From: Geosiphon pyriformis uo1
Lineage: Eukaryota; Fungi; Glomeromycota
Length of the DNA: 64,000 nucleotides
Assembly: GCA_016748015.1 (NCBI GenBank)
Contig: JAAOMT010000690.1
Location: forward strand, 186,001 to 250,000
Direction: 5' to 3'
The notes beneath the pieces were generated by a model, which saw only the letters and a list, made by a program, of their open reading frames with translations, ran no database searches and was not told the DNA's origin. Shown piece after piece: positions 38,701 to 51,800 of this stretch; position 1 is the stretch's first letter, and each line of letters starts with the position of its first letter. Made by a program: the position numbers and the translations under genes.

Positions 38701-38896
38701 ATTGATTATGGCGAATTTCAGATCTGAATTTCTCGTTTTTAAAGTAAAAAAAACAAAATGTGAGATTGCCATATTTTTTTAATGTAATTTTCTAGAACAT
38801 TTGAATTTTAGCTATTTCAGAAATTCACTTGAGATTTACTCCTTTGTGAATTAACATAATTATACCCACACTTAAACGATTCTCGTGTTTTAAAAA

Positions 38897-40149
38897 CTAC
38901 TCTTCATTAGTCAAAGCCTTGGCAAAATAAAATGAAAGACCTAATTGAGGCTTCGTCGTTAAATGTACTCCATCCCAATATAAATAATCTTCAGGATTAT
39001 TACATGCAGGAACCTTTGGCCTTGCAGCACGATTTAAACAAGCGCTTTCAAATTCCGTGATCCCACCGTACTTTTCGGCGGCAGTGGTATTAGTGACAAA
39101 TTTGTTATAATCGGCTGTATATACTTTAACGTCAGGATTGGTACTTTTGAAATCAGTAATGGCATTTTCTAAAAATTCATTCTGTTTCAAATAGATTTGG
39201 AAAAATGTGTCAGCGAGTTCTGGCCTCCCAAGTTTAAACGCGGGAGTTGCTGATAGGTTAGGAACGGAAGGGACTAAGAAGTTTCGAACACCAATCTTGT
39301 AAAGAGTCGACCAAGTTTTGGCGATGCGTTGAACAACTTGTTCAGGTTCGGCAGTAAAATTGGTATAAAGGTAATCAGTTAAAATTGGCCCCCATGACTA
39401 ATTGATATAGGTGTTAGTGCCAAATTATAAATTTGATGTCATGGGAATAGATAAAAACAAAAGCAAGTTACTCACCACAACCAATGTCTTATTTAAATCA
39501 TCCCCAGGTTTAACAGTTTCTTTATAACTATCAACTTGCTGAGCAATACCAGGAATGTTAACTCGCGTCGAGTTTGTCTCGTCCGGAATATAACCTGTTT
39601 TCAACATTTAAAATTAATTAGCATTAAGCATTACACCGGAAAAAAGTGATTTAATAACTTATTCGATACCTTGAATAACGTCGCTACTATTCTCGTTCAA
39701 ATTAAAATTAAAATTAAAATGAAAGTAAGATTTTATTTCGCCGAAATAAATACTAGAATTTCCAACTTACTCTGTTGTTGCACCAATATAGGCGAAAATG
39801 TCAATCTCAGCACCTAAAAATCCTCCAAGGTATTCTGCCCATATAGGACCATTCGATGGTCGCCCTTGATAGTCGGACTCAGTTAGGAAACCTGTTGGCG
39901 CAATTTTCGCTGCGTTTCCTGCGTCTATTAAAGTAAAGAAAAGAATTTAAAAGGATCAATTTTCTCACAGAAGTAATGAAATGAAAATAGGGTAAACAAA
40001 AACTTCTTTGAGAAAGATTTACCTGAAAAAGAGTCGCCAAAAACTACCAACTTATTGTACTTTTTCTTTAGTCCCGGATACGATTCGATCAACGAAACGA
40101 AGGCGAGTAACGAAAAGATCAAGAAAATCAGATTAATTAGTTTCGACAT
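38897..40149 (-). CDS. Secreted GDSL/SGNH lipase-esterase (CE16-like), 305 aa, exons 40149-40023, 39924-39771, 39686-39670, 39594-39476, 39397-38897
   Basis: Signal peptide, block I VVFGDSFSDAGN, GRPSNGPIWAEYL, block II FAYIGAT and block V YLYWDGVHLT. All four introns are GT-AG and phase-compatible. Confidence 0.92.
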
Positions 40150-43100
40150 TTTGAGAAAAAAACTAATCTTTTACAAAAAGTTGGATTAAAGCTTTCAAAA
40201 TTTCTTTTTCTTGAAAGGTTTAAATAATGTTAGAGATTTGCAAATCGATTCCCAGACCCTAGAAACAGGAAAACTTTGAAGGAGACAAATAACAAAAATC
40301 ATAGCAAACATTATGAAAACATTCGAAAATTTTTGGATTACGAAGCATCATCAATTGTCAACAACCGATATTGTTTGGTGCTCCGGGGATTTCAAGGATC
40401 ACTTTCGACAAAATCGCTCTTAACTTTGGACAACAAAAACAAAATTAATAATAAATTTTGATTTTTAATCAAGATATACGAAAAAAACCCAATGATCGAT
40501 CGTTCATTTAGAAGCAATAACCTGATTGAATTGTTCTCTTGGCAAAGGACTCTGCTTTAATATATTTCCGCGTATCAAGAATCATTCTTCATAGGATAAT
40601 ATAGAATGTTAAAATAAAAGAGGTCCGAGATTCTTGCAATGATAGTAAGGCGTTATCACCTTAAATGATTTGTTCGATTGAATATTCTAAAAGAATCTTT
40701 AGCTATATTTTATAAAATGCTCACTTTGTTTTTTTTTGTGTAAAAGTAATTAAGAATATAGTATGAACAAATTTTGGTCTTTGATTAAAATAAAATTAAC
40801 TCTCTTTAAATCATATTTGCTGGTTAATTGAGAAATTATTTAGCCATTAAATAACTCATTCTGATTTACAAAAAAGAAAAAATACTTTTTTTATTAAATT
40901 TAGATATAACAAAAATTAAAAATTTTACTATATTTAAGCGTATTCAAGTACACTTTTAATTTTGATTCATTAGATATCTCAATTTATCATGTTATTTTAT
41001 CAAATATTTTAAATCATTGGAATTGAAAATCTAATTTATTATTTTTACAGATTTTTAAAAAATTCAATTTTCAATAAACGAATTAACAATAAAATTATAT
41101 ATATATACAATTTATTTATGTTTTTATATTATGTCAATTCATTGAATAATTGTAGAATTAATATATTAGTAATAAGATTTTACATTTTAATCATAAAAAT
41201 GGTATTTTTTTCACTTTTTTAATTGATCTAATTTTTATCTTTAAAGTTTTCATAAAATAAAAATTATTTCTTAATAAATAAAGTATAATTATTTTTTCAA
41301 CTTAATATCATTGTAAGATTTAGACAATTAGTTGTAAATTTTCAAAGTATTTTATTAATGATAAATGTAATAATTTCTTAATAATTACTTTTAAAACCAT
41401 TTTTTTTGGTAAAAAAAACATTGTTGTACATTTTTTTTTATGAATTATTATATTAAAAAATTAATATAACCATATTAATTTGGTATGTATATATAACCAT
41501 ATTAATTTAGTATGTATATATAAATTAATAATATATTTTTTTTCTAACACACATATGAAGTTTTTATCAAATTTTTAACAATTAATCATTAAATGATATT
41601 TTTACCTTTTAATAAATAAATTTATTAACTAATATAAAAAATAAAATTATTGAATCAAGAATTTACTTTTGTAAACAATTATTTAAATTTTACAAAAATA
41701 ATCAGACCAAATATTCTTACATTATAATAATTAATAAAAACAAGAATTTTGAAATTTTTTACTCCCAAAATATCAAGTCAAAATGTGACAGAAGAAAAGC
41801 AAAGATATTTTTAATTATCCTTAAAAAATATACTTTATAACTAAAATAAAACTTTGCTCTTTTGAATTGAACATAAAAAAATTATGACATCAGTTATGTA
41901 TTCAAATAATAATTTAAATAAAAAACTTTCTTTTGTTTATTTCAAAACATATCGAAAACAAAGTATTAATAAATTACACGTCACTATCATCTCTTTAGCT
42001 ATAATAACTTTGTTTCTAATTAGAATCAAAAATTTATTTATTTATAAATAAAACCAAAACCAAAATTTCAATTTAAAGTTTTTGACTGATATGAAAATTT
42101 TTTTAAATAATGATAATTTCAAAGCTTTTCTATCACGTTGCTGCCTCAAAAATTTGTAAACGTACATGATTTTGGCAATTTGAAACTAGATCATCTCTCA
42201 AACACTGATTCTTAAAAAGTATGCTTACTTTAATATTAAGATTTAAAATTAAATATTTTATGTTTGCAACACAAATATCAAAGAAAACTCAACTTCTCAA
42301 GTAAAATTGGATTTAAAGATAATTAAAATATCCACAGCAATCTCAGACGATAAAGAATTTTCCTTTTTTATCCTAATTTGGTTATATTGGGTAAATCATA
42401 ATTAAAGATTAGTCTTTTAGAAGAAATTCCAATTTTCACCTTCATCTTAGATTCAGGTTTAAAGTATATCGAATAATTATAACTATCAAAATTTATCAAT
42501 ATTAATGGTTTTTGATGTTTATCTCTATTTGAAAAAGGTGAATAAAATTTTTTAGACGAGTCATAAAAAATTTTCCATTTATTATCATTGCCAATGTCAG
42601 ATTTTTAAGCACAAAAATTTATGATAAGAAAGCTTAAGGTGGAACGCAACTGCAAAAGAAATTTTTTAAACACCTGATGATTCAAATTTCTATAGTTAAA
42701 TAAACGACCAGTTTGTTTCGTTAAGAATTTAAAAAACTTTAATATCTTTCTAGTTGAGATAAGAAATGAAAAATAACTAGGCTGTTGTTATTCTCGAATT
42801 ATTATGCTTAGAAATTATTATTCCTTTAAGCAAACAACTAGAATTTTTTCCGGTATCAAATTATTAAGGAGTTTTGGTAGCAAAGCCTCAAATTTTTAAG
42901 GAAATGGATTGTAAAGATTATTTTTTGTAATATTTTCACTTAAACTACAACTTAAATTAAAATTTAGGACAATGTGGCTTCCAATTAGAAAATTTGTGCT
43001 CATATTAAAAATATCTAATAGCCATAGAAATATGAAATTTTTGATTGAAGGGCATAAAAATGTAAAAAAGGCAAAAAACTTATGAAATAAAAAAGCATAA

Positions 43101-44127
43101 AATTATTAATGACTCAAGGAAAAAGGTAAACATGAAAATTTAATAGACAAAGATTAAATAGGAAGACTAAAAAATGATTTAATTTGAAAATAATCTTAAT
43201 GCCTTTTTTGCTAGTAATAGTAAAAAAGTGAATCTCATGGCAATCCATATACAAAATAAAAGATGTAAAAAGTAAGCGAAAGGAAAAATAGAATTATTTG
43301 GGAAGATACGGAATTTAGGATAGATGTTGCATCATAATTAAGTGCAAAGCCATAGGGAAAATTTAAAAGGCTGAATATAAAACTTTGGGAAAATAAATCA
43401 TTTGAAGATTTTGGATAGAAAGAGCGGGGTAAGTCTCGAGAACAGAATCTGAACAGAAAATATAGGAGACTTGAAGAAATCAACAGGAAGGAAAACTTGC
43501 TAGGATTTTAGACAATGAATATAGTTGAGAAAAAATATTAAAATATTAGGAAATTACTGTTTCGAAACGTGATGAGAAATTAAATTAAAAGAAAAACCGA
43601 TATCAATATGCCAAGTATTTAATAAGGAAAAGTCTGGTGGTTGATTAGTCCAAAGCTGTACGGTGATGGAGTGGTTATAAAATTCATATTTGGACATCTA
43701 ATTGTTAATCTTTTTGGCCTCCTGAGCTTTTCCTCGTAAAATATGTATTTACAATCGCAGCACCAAATTGGAAAGACAGCTATTATTAGATTAAAGCAAA
43801 TTGGGAAGAGACTTTTAAAATATATTAAAAAGTAATATCTCTATTTTGAATGAGATTCTTATTCCATGCTTTTCTTGCATATTATTGCATGCCTTACATA
43901 TTAAACCTTTTGGCAATTTCCATAAAAGTCTTAGTCTTGTACAAATCCCATCTCTACGAAAATTGATTTGCAAAAAATAAACAATACAAATGAATTTTGA
44001 ATATTTACCTTCTATTAAAAAGGGTTGACAGCTGCTGGAACACAAACATTGGATGCATGCGAGCCCAAATAGGATTGAATGAATGATGTATGATTATTAG
44101 AATGTGATACTATATATTATGTAGCTA

Positions 44128-47100
44128 TTAAGACTCAAAATTATTGCCCCAACCCCAATGCTGCGGATGATTTTGAGAGGTTGGAGAATGATTGGAATGT
44201 GGTTGTGAAGAATGCTGTTCTTGATGTTGATTTTGATGATGCTGATTTTGATGATGCTGATGCTGATGCTGTTCATGATGCCTTTCTATAATGTCCTCGT
44301 CACTACTATGATCAATCATTAAAGATCCTTCAGTAGGCGATGTAACAGGTGAAATAGGAGATATCATACCAGGTGCGTGGCTGTCGCTATTTAAAGTATT
44401 AATCCCTGGCATGTCCGTCACGATACCCGTCATTCGCGTCATGTTATTCCTTAAATCTGAACCCGAGTTCACCATTTCTCCACTGTTTAAATATGTCCCA
44501 TGTCCAAAATTCATTCCAATATTCAATGATAAATTCGTGACTGATTTCGGTGGTGTTTTAGGTAGATAAAATTGCTTTTGTGCTTGAATTGTCGAGTAGG
44601 GTTGTTGAGGTTGTTGTAATGGTGGATATTGTGGATAGGGCAAAACCATTGTGCCTGCTGAAGGATGGAACGAGAAATTTGAAGACGTTGGTGAAATTAA
44701 TCGTGGCAATGATGTTTGCGTGGAAATTGGAGCTTGGGCAGCCCGAGTATTAATATCAGATGATGAATTAGAGGTAGAACTCAAAAATGGCATCATCATT
44801 GTATCATTTCCATGAGGAGGGTTCGTCAATTGGTTTGATGAATGATGATTCGTCTGTGATGGTTGAGCTGGTGGCCATGAAAAATGATAGCCAGGTGGCC
44901 AAGGGGTATGAAAAGAAACTCCAGATCCAGAAGTTGGATTGTTTGATGTGGATGATGCATCAAACGACATGTCATTTTGCCGATGATTTTGTTGGGAAGA
45001 ATGCTGTTGGGTTTGATATTGCTGTTGATCACGATTAGATTGTTCTTGATACATTGGCATTTGATAGGCTGGAGCAGAAGAATTGTTACTTATATCTGTC
45101 GTATCTGAATTACTATCGTGGAAATTATGTTGCATTGGAACTGGGCGATTGATCGGCAAGAGCAAAGTTGGAGATGAAGTGAAAATTGGGTCTGCTTGCT
45201 CTTTATGATGTGGATTTGATTGTAGCCAAGATTCAGAAATGCCCGTGTTACCTGGGACATTAATCTCAGGTGAATTCTGTTGCGCCGCAGCCTGTGCCAA
45301 TAAATCTATTCCAGGTGGTGACGTTTGATCAGATGACATCCTCCCTTTTCTGCTATTGCCAATATCTAGTTGAGAATTTTTACCACGGTATGAGTCGCCA
45401 CTCTGCAATTCAGTAAAACGTGAGACATTTCGTGTCCCCGTGGTGGCTCTGCCAGTGGTGTCAGGATCAATCACACTACTTGACCCTATATCTATTACGT
45501 CTTTGTTTGTGGACGATGGATTTATCATCCTATGAGATACCAATGCCAGAGCAGCATTGACAATATTAATTGTATGTTCATCATTATCATCCAAATGTGA
45601 ACGTAATTGAGAAGCAAAAATGGCAATCCAGTTCCTAATATCTGAACTTATAAAATGCAAGGATGGGACTGCCTCGAGAAGTTGAAACCATCGCATGGTT
45701 TGTAGCGTCTTTTCTTTGGCATTTCTATAGAGTTCCGATTCTTTAGCTTCCTCTCGAAGATTTTGGATATGAACATAACCAGCATATAATGCACAGTGTG
45801 CAATAAATTGATTACTACTGATAATAGAGACAAGATGTTCGTTGAGAAATTCAGCGATTCGATTAGCTGCTTCATTGCAAATGGATTTGCTTCTTTCAAA
45901 ATGGATGTTTGGATGATGAATTCTAATTGTCGTGTAATGATATAAAATGCACTGGTAAATTCGTAAATGTTCAATTGTCGTTTCTTGAGAAGCAATTTCG
46001 AAAGTACGAATGTTGTCCAATTGAAGGAATGAAGGTAAATCATTTTTCCACTTATTCAATCGGTCTTCCAATCTCTTCATCGCAATATCCGAGCCATTTT
46101 CCGTGCCAAGGGTGAATTCCAGTATGTCGTACATTATTTTGGTAATTTTGAAATAGCTCAAGAAATATGCGGTGATCTTCATTTCATTATCATCAGCGTC
46201 TAACGCTGAATCCGATTTAGTTGTTAGTTCGATTGTACTATGCTTGTCTTCAAATACACTAAGCTGATTCAGAGATACGCATTGTAAATGATTCACGATA
46301 TTTATCGCCCACCATAGCTATCAATAGAAGGCAAATTTTGTTAATCATTTGAACTTTGAAAGTTTCGTGAATTACCCACAATGTTTTGAAAACCCACCTT
46401 GTTCCTTGCTTCCTTTTCCATCTCCGAAAATCCTTCTGAAGCACTTTTATCATGCAATCGCATAGTTACGGCTAATGTTGTTGCCATTCCAACATACATT
46501 CGACTTTTGAGACTTCTTAATGCGTCAAAAACTCCCAAAAGAAAGCATCCAGTTGCGGTGCTTAATCTGGGGATGTCAAAATTTTTTGTAATAAGGCCTG
46601 AAAATTTTGGCCTTTGGTTTTAATTTTCAAAAGAAAATAGAGTCATACGAAGAAAATTCCTTGATGCCATAGAAAAAATTCGAAATACCTTGAGCCTGTT
46701 CATAGAATCTTTGGCCAACTGTGGTTGGGTCATTCGGGTTTTTTCGAACAACCGGGTCATCCGAGAATTTTGAGCCAATTGCACACACTGCACTCAGGAG
46801 CAAATCGTTCATTGGTTTAGTGGGATCCCCCAATCGTTGCAAAAAATAAGCTCTATGTAAAACCGGGAAGATTATGTGAAAATTTCGAAAGTATAGGCTA
46901 ACTAAACTTTGGGTCAGCTGAGAGGATTGTGTTTCCACAGATCCGGACGGGGGCTGACGGGTCTCTTCTTTGGGTGGAATAATATATGGACTCAGTTCTT
47001 GTAAAATTATGCCTTCCTGCTGATTTGTCATTGAAGTCAAAAGTCCAACCGCGTAATCAAATTCACCCTTTTTAGAATCCACATTTGGCAGAATCTTGGG

Positions 47101-47903
47101 AACACGCCTTTTTAAGGGAGGAGTTTCTTGAGAATTTAATGTCGAAATTCCAAGAGTTGAAGTTGATACACTGGGAATCTTTAATTTTGGAGATGATTGT
47201 CGTTTGATGATGGATGAACTTCCTTTTCTTCCAGACTGTGACGCCGTAGAAATTGAAGACTTTTTTCCTGCGGTGCCACTTGATCTTAAGAGACTCTGAG
47301 TATCAATATTGCTGTGACTACGGGAGTGGGCTGAACTAGAACTTGAAGGTTGATTCCTTGAATTCACGTTTCTATTGCTATTCCTTGTATTTTGATTATA
47401 GGTGCATTCTAGTTGTACTGAAGTACAATAGGCGCAAGGAGTTTGTGCATAACCGTCTCCTTCACATCTTACCTTGATAAATGATATGGAAAGTAGTGAG
47501 TTAATAAAAAAAATATAACTTGAAATTCTATCTTTGGATAATTTTGGACAAGATCCAAAAAATTTCTGTATTCATTGACTTTAAAATAATGTTTTTTCTA
47601 CAGGAGACCACACAAAACAGAAAATAAAGTTTTCTAAAAATTTTACTGGTGGTCAAAGAACGAATTTTTTTTTTGATAATGCCAAGCAGTTTTAAATGAG
47701 CTATAACAGACAATTAAGTTTGCTTCTATCAAGATATTTTTCACTTGAACTTTTCATGGTTCAATGAATTTTTTTATATTATTAGTAAAAAATACCTTTC
47801 TTCTCCGGCAACGATCACAAGCGATTGTTTTGAGCTTTTTATCTTTGGGAGCAAGCTCATTAGATCCAGAGGGGGAATTTCTTTTTCCAGCTGGAGTAGT
47901 CAT
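44128..47903 (-). CDS. Zn(II)2Cys6 fungal transcription factor with middle homology region, 1093 aa, exons 47903-47796, 47472-46689, 46597-46398, 46317-44128
   Basis: Zinc cluster ACDRCRRRK/VRCEGDGYAQTPCAYCTSVQLECTY spans intron 1. MHR motifs LVSLYFRNFHIIFPVLHRAYF, LLLSAVCAIGSKF and EKEARNK/LWWAI are present. The tail is long and rich in S/Q/H/P. All introns are GT-AG and in phase. Confidence 0.95.
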
Positions 47904-48769
47904 AATTAGTTTTTAAGTATATAATATTTTGGAGTGTAAAAAAATTAATTTGATTATGTTTTGAATAAGATTTAAAAAGTTTTTTTATGAAAGGTTTGGT
48001 TGAAGAAGAGAGTAAAAACTAAATATTGTGGTTCGCGCTTGATAACTGGTTGAAGTCTTTTTTTCTTTCTAACGAAGCTATTTAGATGACGTGGTGGCTT
48101 ATTGTGATTTTTTTAAAATGCTCAATCGTTTGATTTTTTATGGATAAAATCAAATGTTTTTGGGCATGATAATAGGGTTGGTTAAGAAATGGTTAAATGT
48201 TTTCGTAGCCACACAAATAAGAGAAGTGAGAATTTTCAAATAAAATTTAGTTCCGTCAAGATGATAAGAAAAAAGAGTATCATATATTCATGGTCTTGAT
48301 TTATTGGAGAAGAGTAATGCTAACTTTTCTTAGGAAAATCATAAAAATGGTTAAAAATGGGTTAACTTGAAGCAAAAAGATTAGAAAAATTTTTGGGATA
48401 ATATATGGATTACTTTGGGAGTTTGTTTTTATTTTGTAAAAAGACCCCTGAAACTTGGTGAATGCTATTACGATTATTCACAGTATCGTTTTTGGGTATG
48501 TGATTTTGTCCTAATTGTGATATTTGTTACTTTAGAGTTTTCAAGAACTAAAAACGTGGCTAACCAAAAACTTGTCGAAACGGGTCTGGGCAAACAGTTC
48601 TACTCGCAAGCAAAATAAAAAAAGCTTATATAAAGAAATGAAATGCCACCTGATTGGTTTAGATTTTTTTTTTTATAAGTTCTTTTGATAAATTAAATTT
48701 CAAGTATAAAAGCCACGGGTCTACTTATCAAATTCTCGTTCTCATAATTCAAAAATGATATCTACGTTA

Positions 48770-48812
<43 letters not shown>

Positions 48813-51800
48813 ATATTTATATATAGTTATAGATATATGCTCTTTAAAACAATTGTTTGGGTTTTATAACTCGATTGACCTGAACAATGTCTTTTTTTCT
48901 CTAACAGTAATTTTATAACTGAAAAACCGTTTGTGATCATAGTAAATATATGATTAGATAGTTAAAAAATAATGCCGAGATTCACGAATAAAATAATTTT
49001 AAAACGGGGTTTCAATATTTTAAATTTCCCTCGTTTCAGTTTCAAATTGAGATTAAAATCGAAAGTAGAATAGTAGGCTAAAACATTTTCATAAAAAAAT
49101 TATATATATATATATATCCGAAGTTTCATTTGAACTTTTTTTTTATTTTTATTTTTTAAAGAATGAATTTATTTGAAATGAATGCATGGATTTATCTATG
49201 ATAAATTATTAGATGATGACACAATATCATAAATGATCTATAATATATATGTATGTATAAATAAAATATGTACGGTATTCCCGCCAAAAAATTTGAATGT
49301 TTGTAAACAAACTAGTTTTAGGTTAAAGGAACAAGTAATCAAAGCGATAAGAAAAGTAAGATCACCGAAAAAAGTTTTTGTACTCAAAGATTGTCACGAT
49401 ACATTTATCTATTATTAGCCTTTGTTATTAGTATAAATTTTTTTAAAAACTTTCCTTTTGCTACAAAACTTAAATGAGGTCAAAGTATTCAATACACTTT
49501 TTTTTTATGAAAGATAGTTTCTTATTAGAAAGGGATTTTTTGTTCCACTAGATCCTGTGATAAATTTGTGGCGTCAATCATATTAAAAGCCATTAGCATA
49601 ACACAACGTACACCGAAATAAATTTGTATTATTGCAGCGCATGCCATTTTAACCATTCAAGGATTTTATTTGGGTTAGGGTAAACCTATTAAAACGCAGA
49701 AAAATAGTCTATTTTAAAAAAAGCTGGCGAATGTTTTTGCGCGGATTTTTGTTCAAATATTTCATGATGTGCACTGATATGCATCAATAAGTTTTTTTTT
49801 TGAAATTTTGACCGGTATTGTACTTGGGAAAACCCAAGTTGTCTTTAATACGAATTAAAAAAAAATTTCCATCATGCGCAGGGTCCTGTGTCTCAGGGGG
49901 TAGTTAATTCAAAAATCCAAAAATTTCTCATGTAATATAAACCTTCACATTTGAATCGATTATCAATATTGCTCCAACCATATTCCTGCAGAGTGTAAAA
50001 AGGATTACATCCTTTTAACATTGAAATGCACACTTTTAAACGGATATCATAGTTCGTCATTGAAATTTTTACTGCATGCTTATTCAGAGATCGACTTTGC
50101 TTTTAATGACATAAAAATTCCGCGAAACCCTCCAAATGCATCACGATTTAAATCCAAATTTTTACCATATTGAAGTTTTTATTTGATGGACAAAAAAGAC
50201 GTTTACCCGATTTGTCCTCCTTTTTATTTGATATGTATTTTATATTATGACAATTCGTTCATCATTTTAATTCAAAGAGAAATGGTTGTTAATTCATTCA
50301 ATTATTAAATGGATGAGATAAAAAAGATTTCAAACGCTACAATTTAATGAAAAATTTGTACAATTTGATTAATTTAATGATATGATGCAGTTTTTTTAAA
50401 TAGAATACTTTTCATTTAGAGTTCCTAAAGAAATTATCGATGATTCAATCTTTTTTGGGTTAAACCGAACATTGATATCAGAGACCTATCAAAAAAATCA
50501 CGCAAATTTTTTCGAGACTTGATTATTTCGATCAATTTTTGATAAAGATAATATTAATTTTGATTACTTCTAATTTCCAACCATGTGTTTCCCTTAGGAA
50601 AGGCAAATATTTAATATTTGTACCGAGAAAAAAATTTACCAAGACTCGACCAAAAAATATATATATTTAATTTGTTCTTTGCTCCATCAGAATTATACGA
50701 TGCATAATGTTATCATAAAATAAACAAGTTTTAATTTTTGAATGCTTTAAAGTTGAACCTCTCTCTTTGGTCGATCCTTAATGCAAAAGCAGAACACCAA
50801 TAAAAATAAATGGTATAAAAAATCAAATCAAATACATTATATTTTTTCCGGTCGAATTAAGGTTTTTTTTAAAAAAATTTTGAACACAGTTTGCTCACTA
50901 TTCAAAGCACTTCTTTTTAACTAAGATTTCAATAGAGGAAAATGGTCTGAATTTATTTTAAAAAGTCAAACGTAAAGAACATTTTAATTTTCAATTAGAC
51001 GCTTTTGTTTTTGTTTTATTTGACGTAATTTAATGGATATAAATTAATATTTTAATTAATTTGTTTGCAATTCAAAAAAAAAAATAGAATTTCTAGTTAA
51101 TTTTTAAATGAATTAAAATTTTAAAATGTTAACTTTAAATTTAAATATCTTAAAAGTTAGAAGAAATAGAGTTCTAGAACTGACCAGAAAAATCGAAATT
51201 AAGAAGTTAAATTTGGAATATATTAAATTAAAAATCTTTTTTTCATCCCCATTCAGATTATAAAATATTATTAGTATCAAAGGCTTTTCAATGGGTATTT
51301 GGTCTCACTCTTTTTTCAAAAATTAAATAAGTTAAAAACTAGTTCCGTCTTTTATTTTTGATGTCCTAATATAATAAATTGATTGGGTTCTTCTAAATGA
51401 ATTGCATTAACTTTTTGGGATGGAATTTTTTTTTTGCATTTCATTCAGATTCTCAATGACTGTATCAAAACCATATGATGATTGGTCCCTCTAAAAAACT
51501 TTAGTTGGTGATCATGAGATTGAAAAACTTTTGGCTGAATCTCCATGATATGTTGTGAAACTAAATAATAGTTATTATGAACAACATTACATCATTTTAA
51601 TATTCACCTCCACATGAGACCTCTGCAGTAAATAATGAGTGTAACTATGAAAAATACCTAAATCGGGTTCCCAGGATTTGAAAAACCCAGTGATGCATAA
51701 CGTGCGACCAATACTACAAACATTCGGGAAAATTTTAAATATCTCGAAAAACGCTCGAGAATCTTGTGACGAGACTTTGATGTATCATAATTTTTTATTA

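Noticed and set aside
44787-46623. Short ORFs overlapping the transcription factor on either strand
   Set aside because: Shadow frames of the real CDS. Only 46398-46597 is a true exon.
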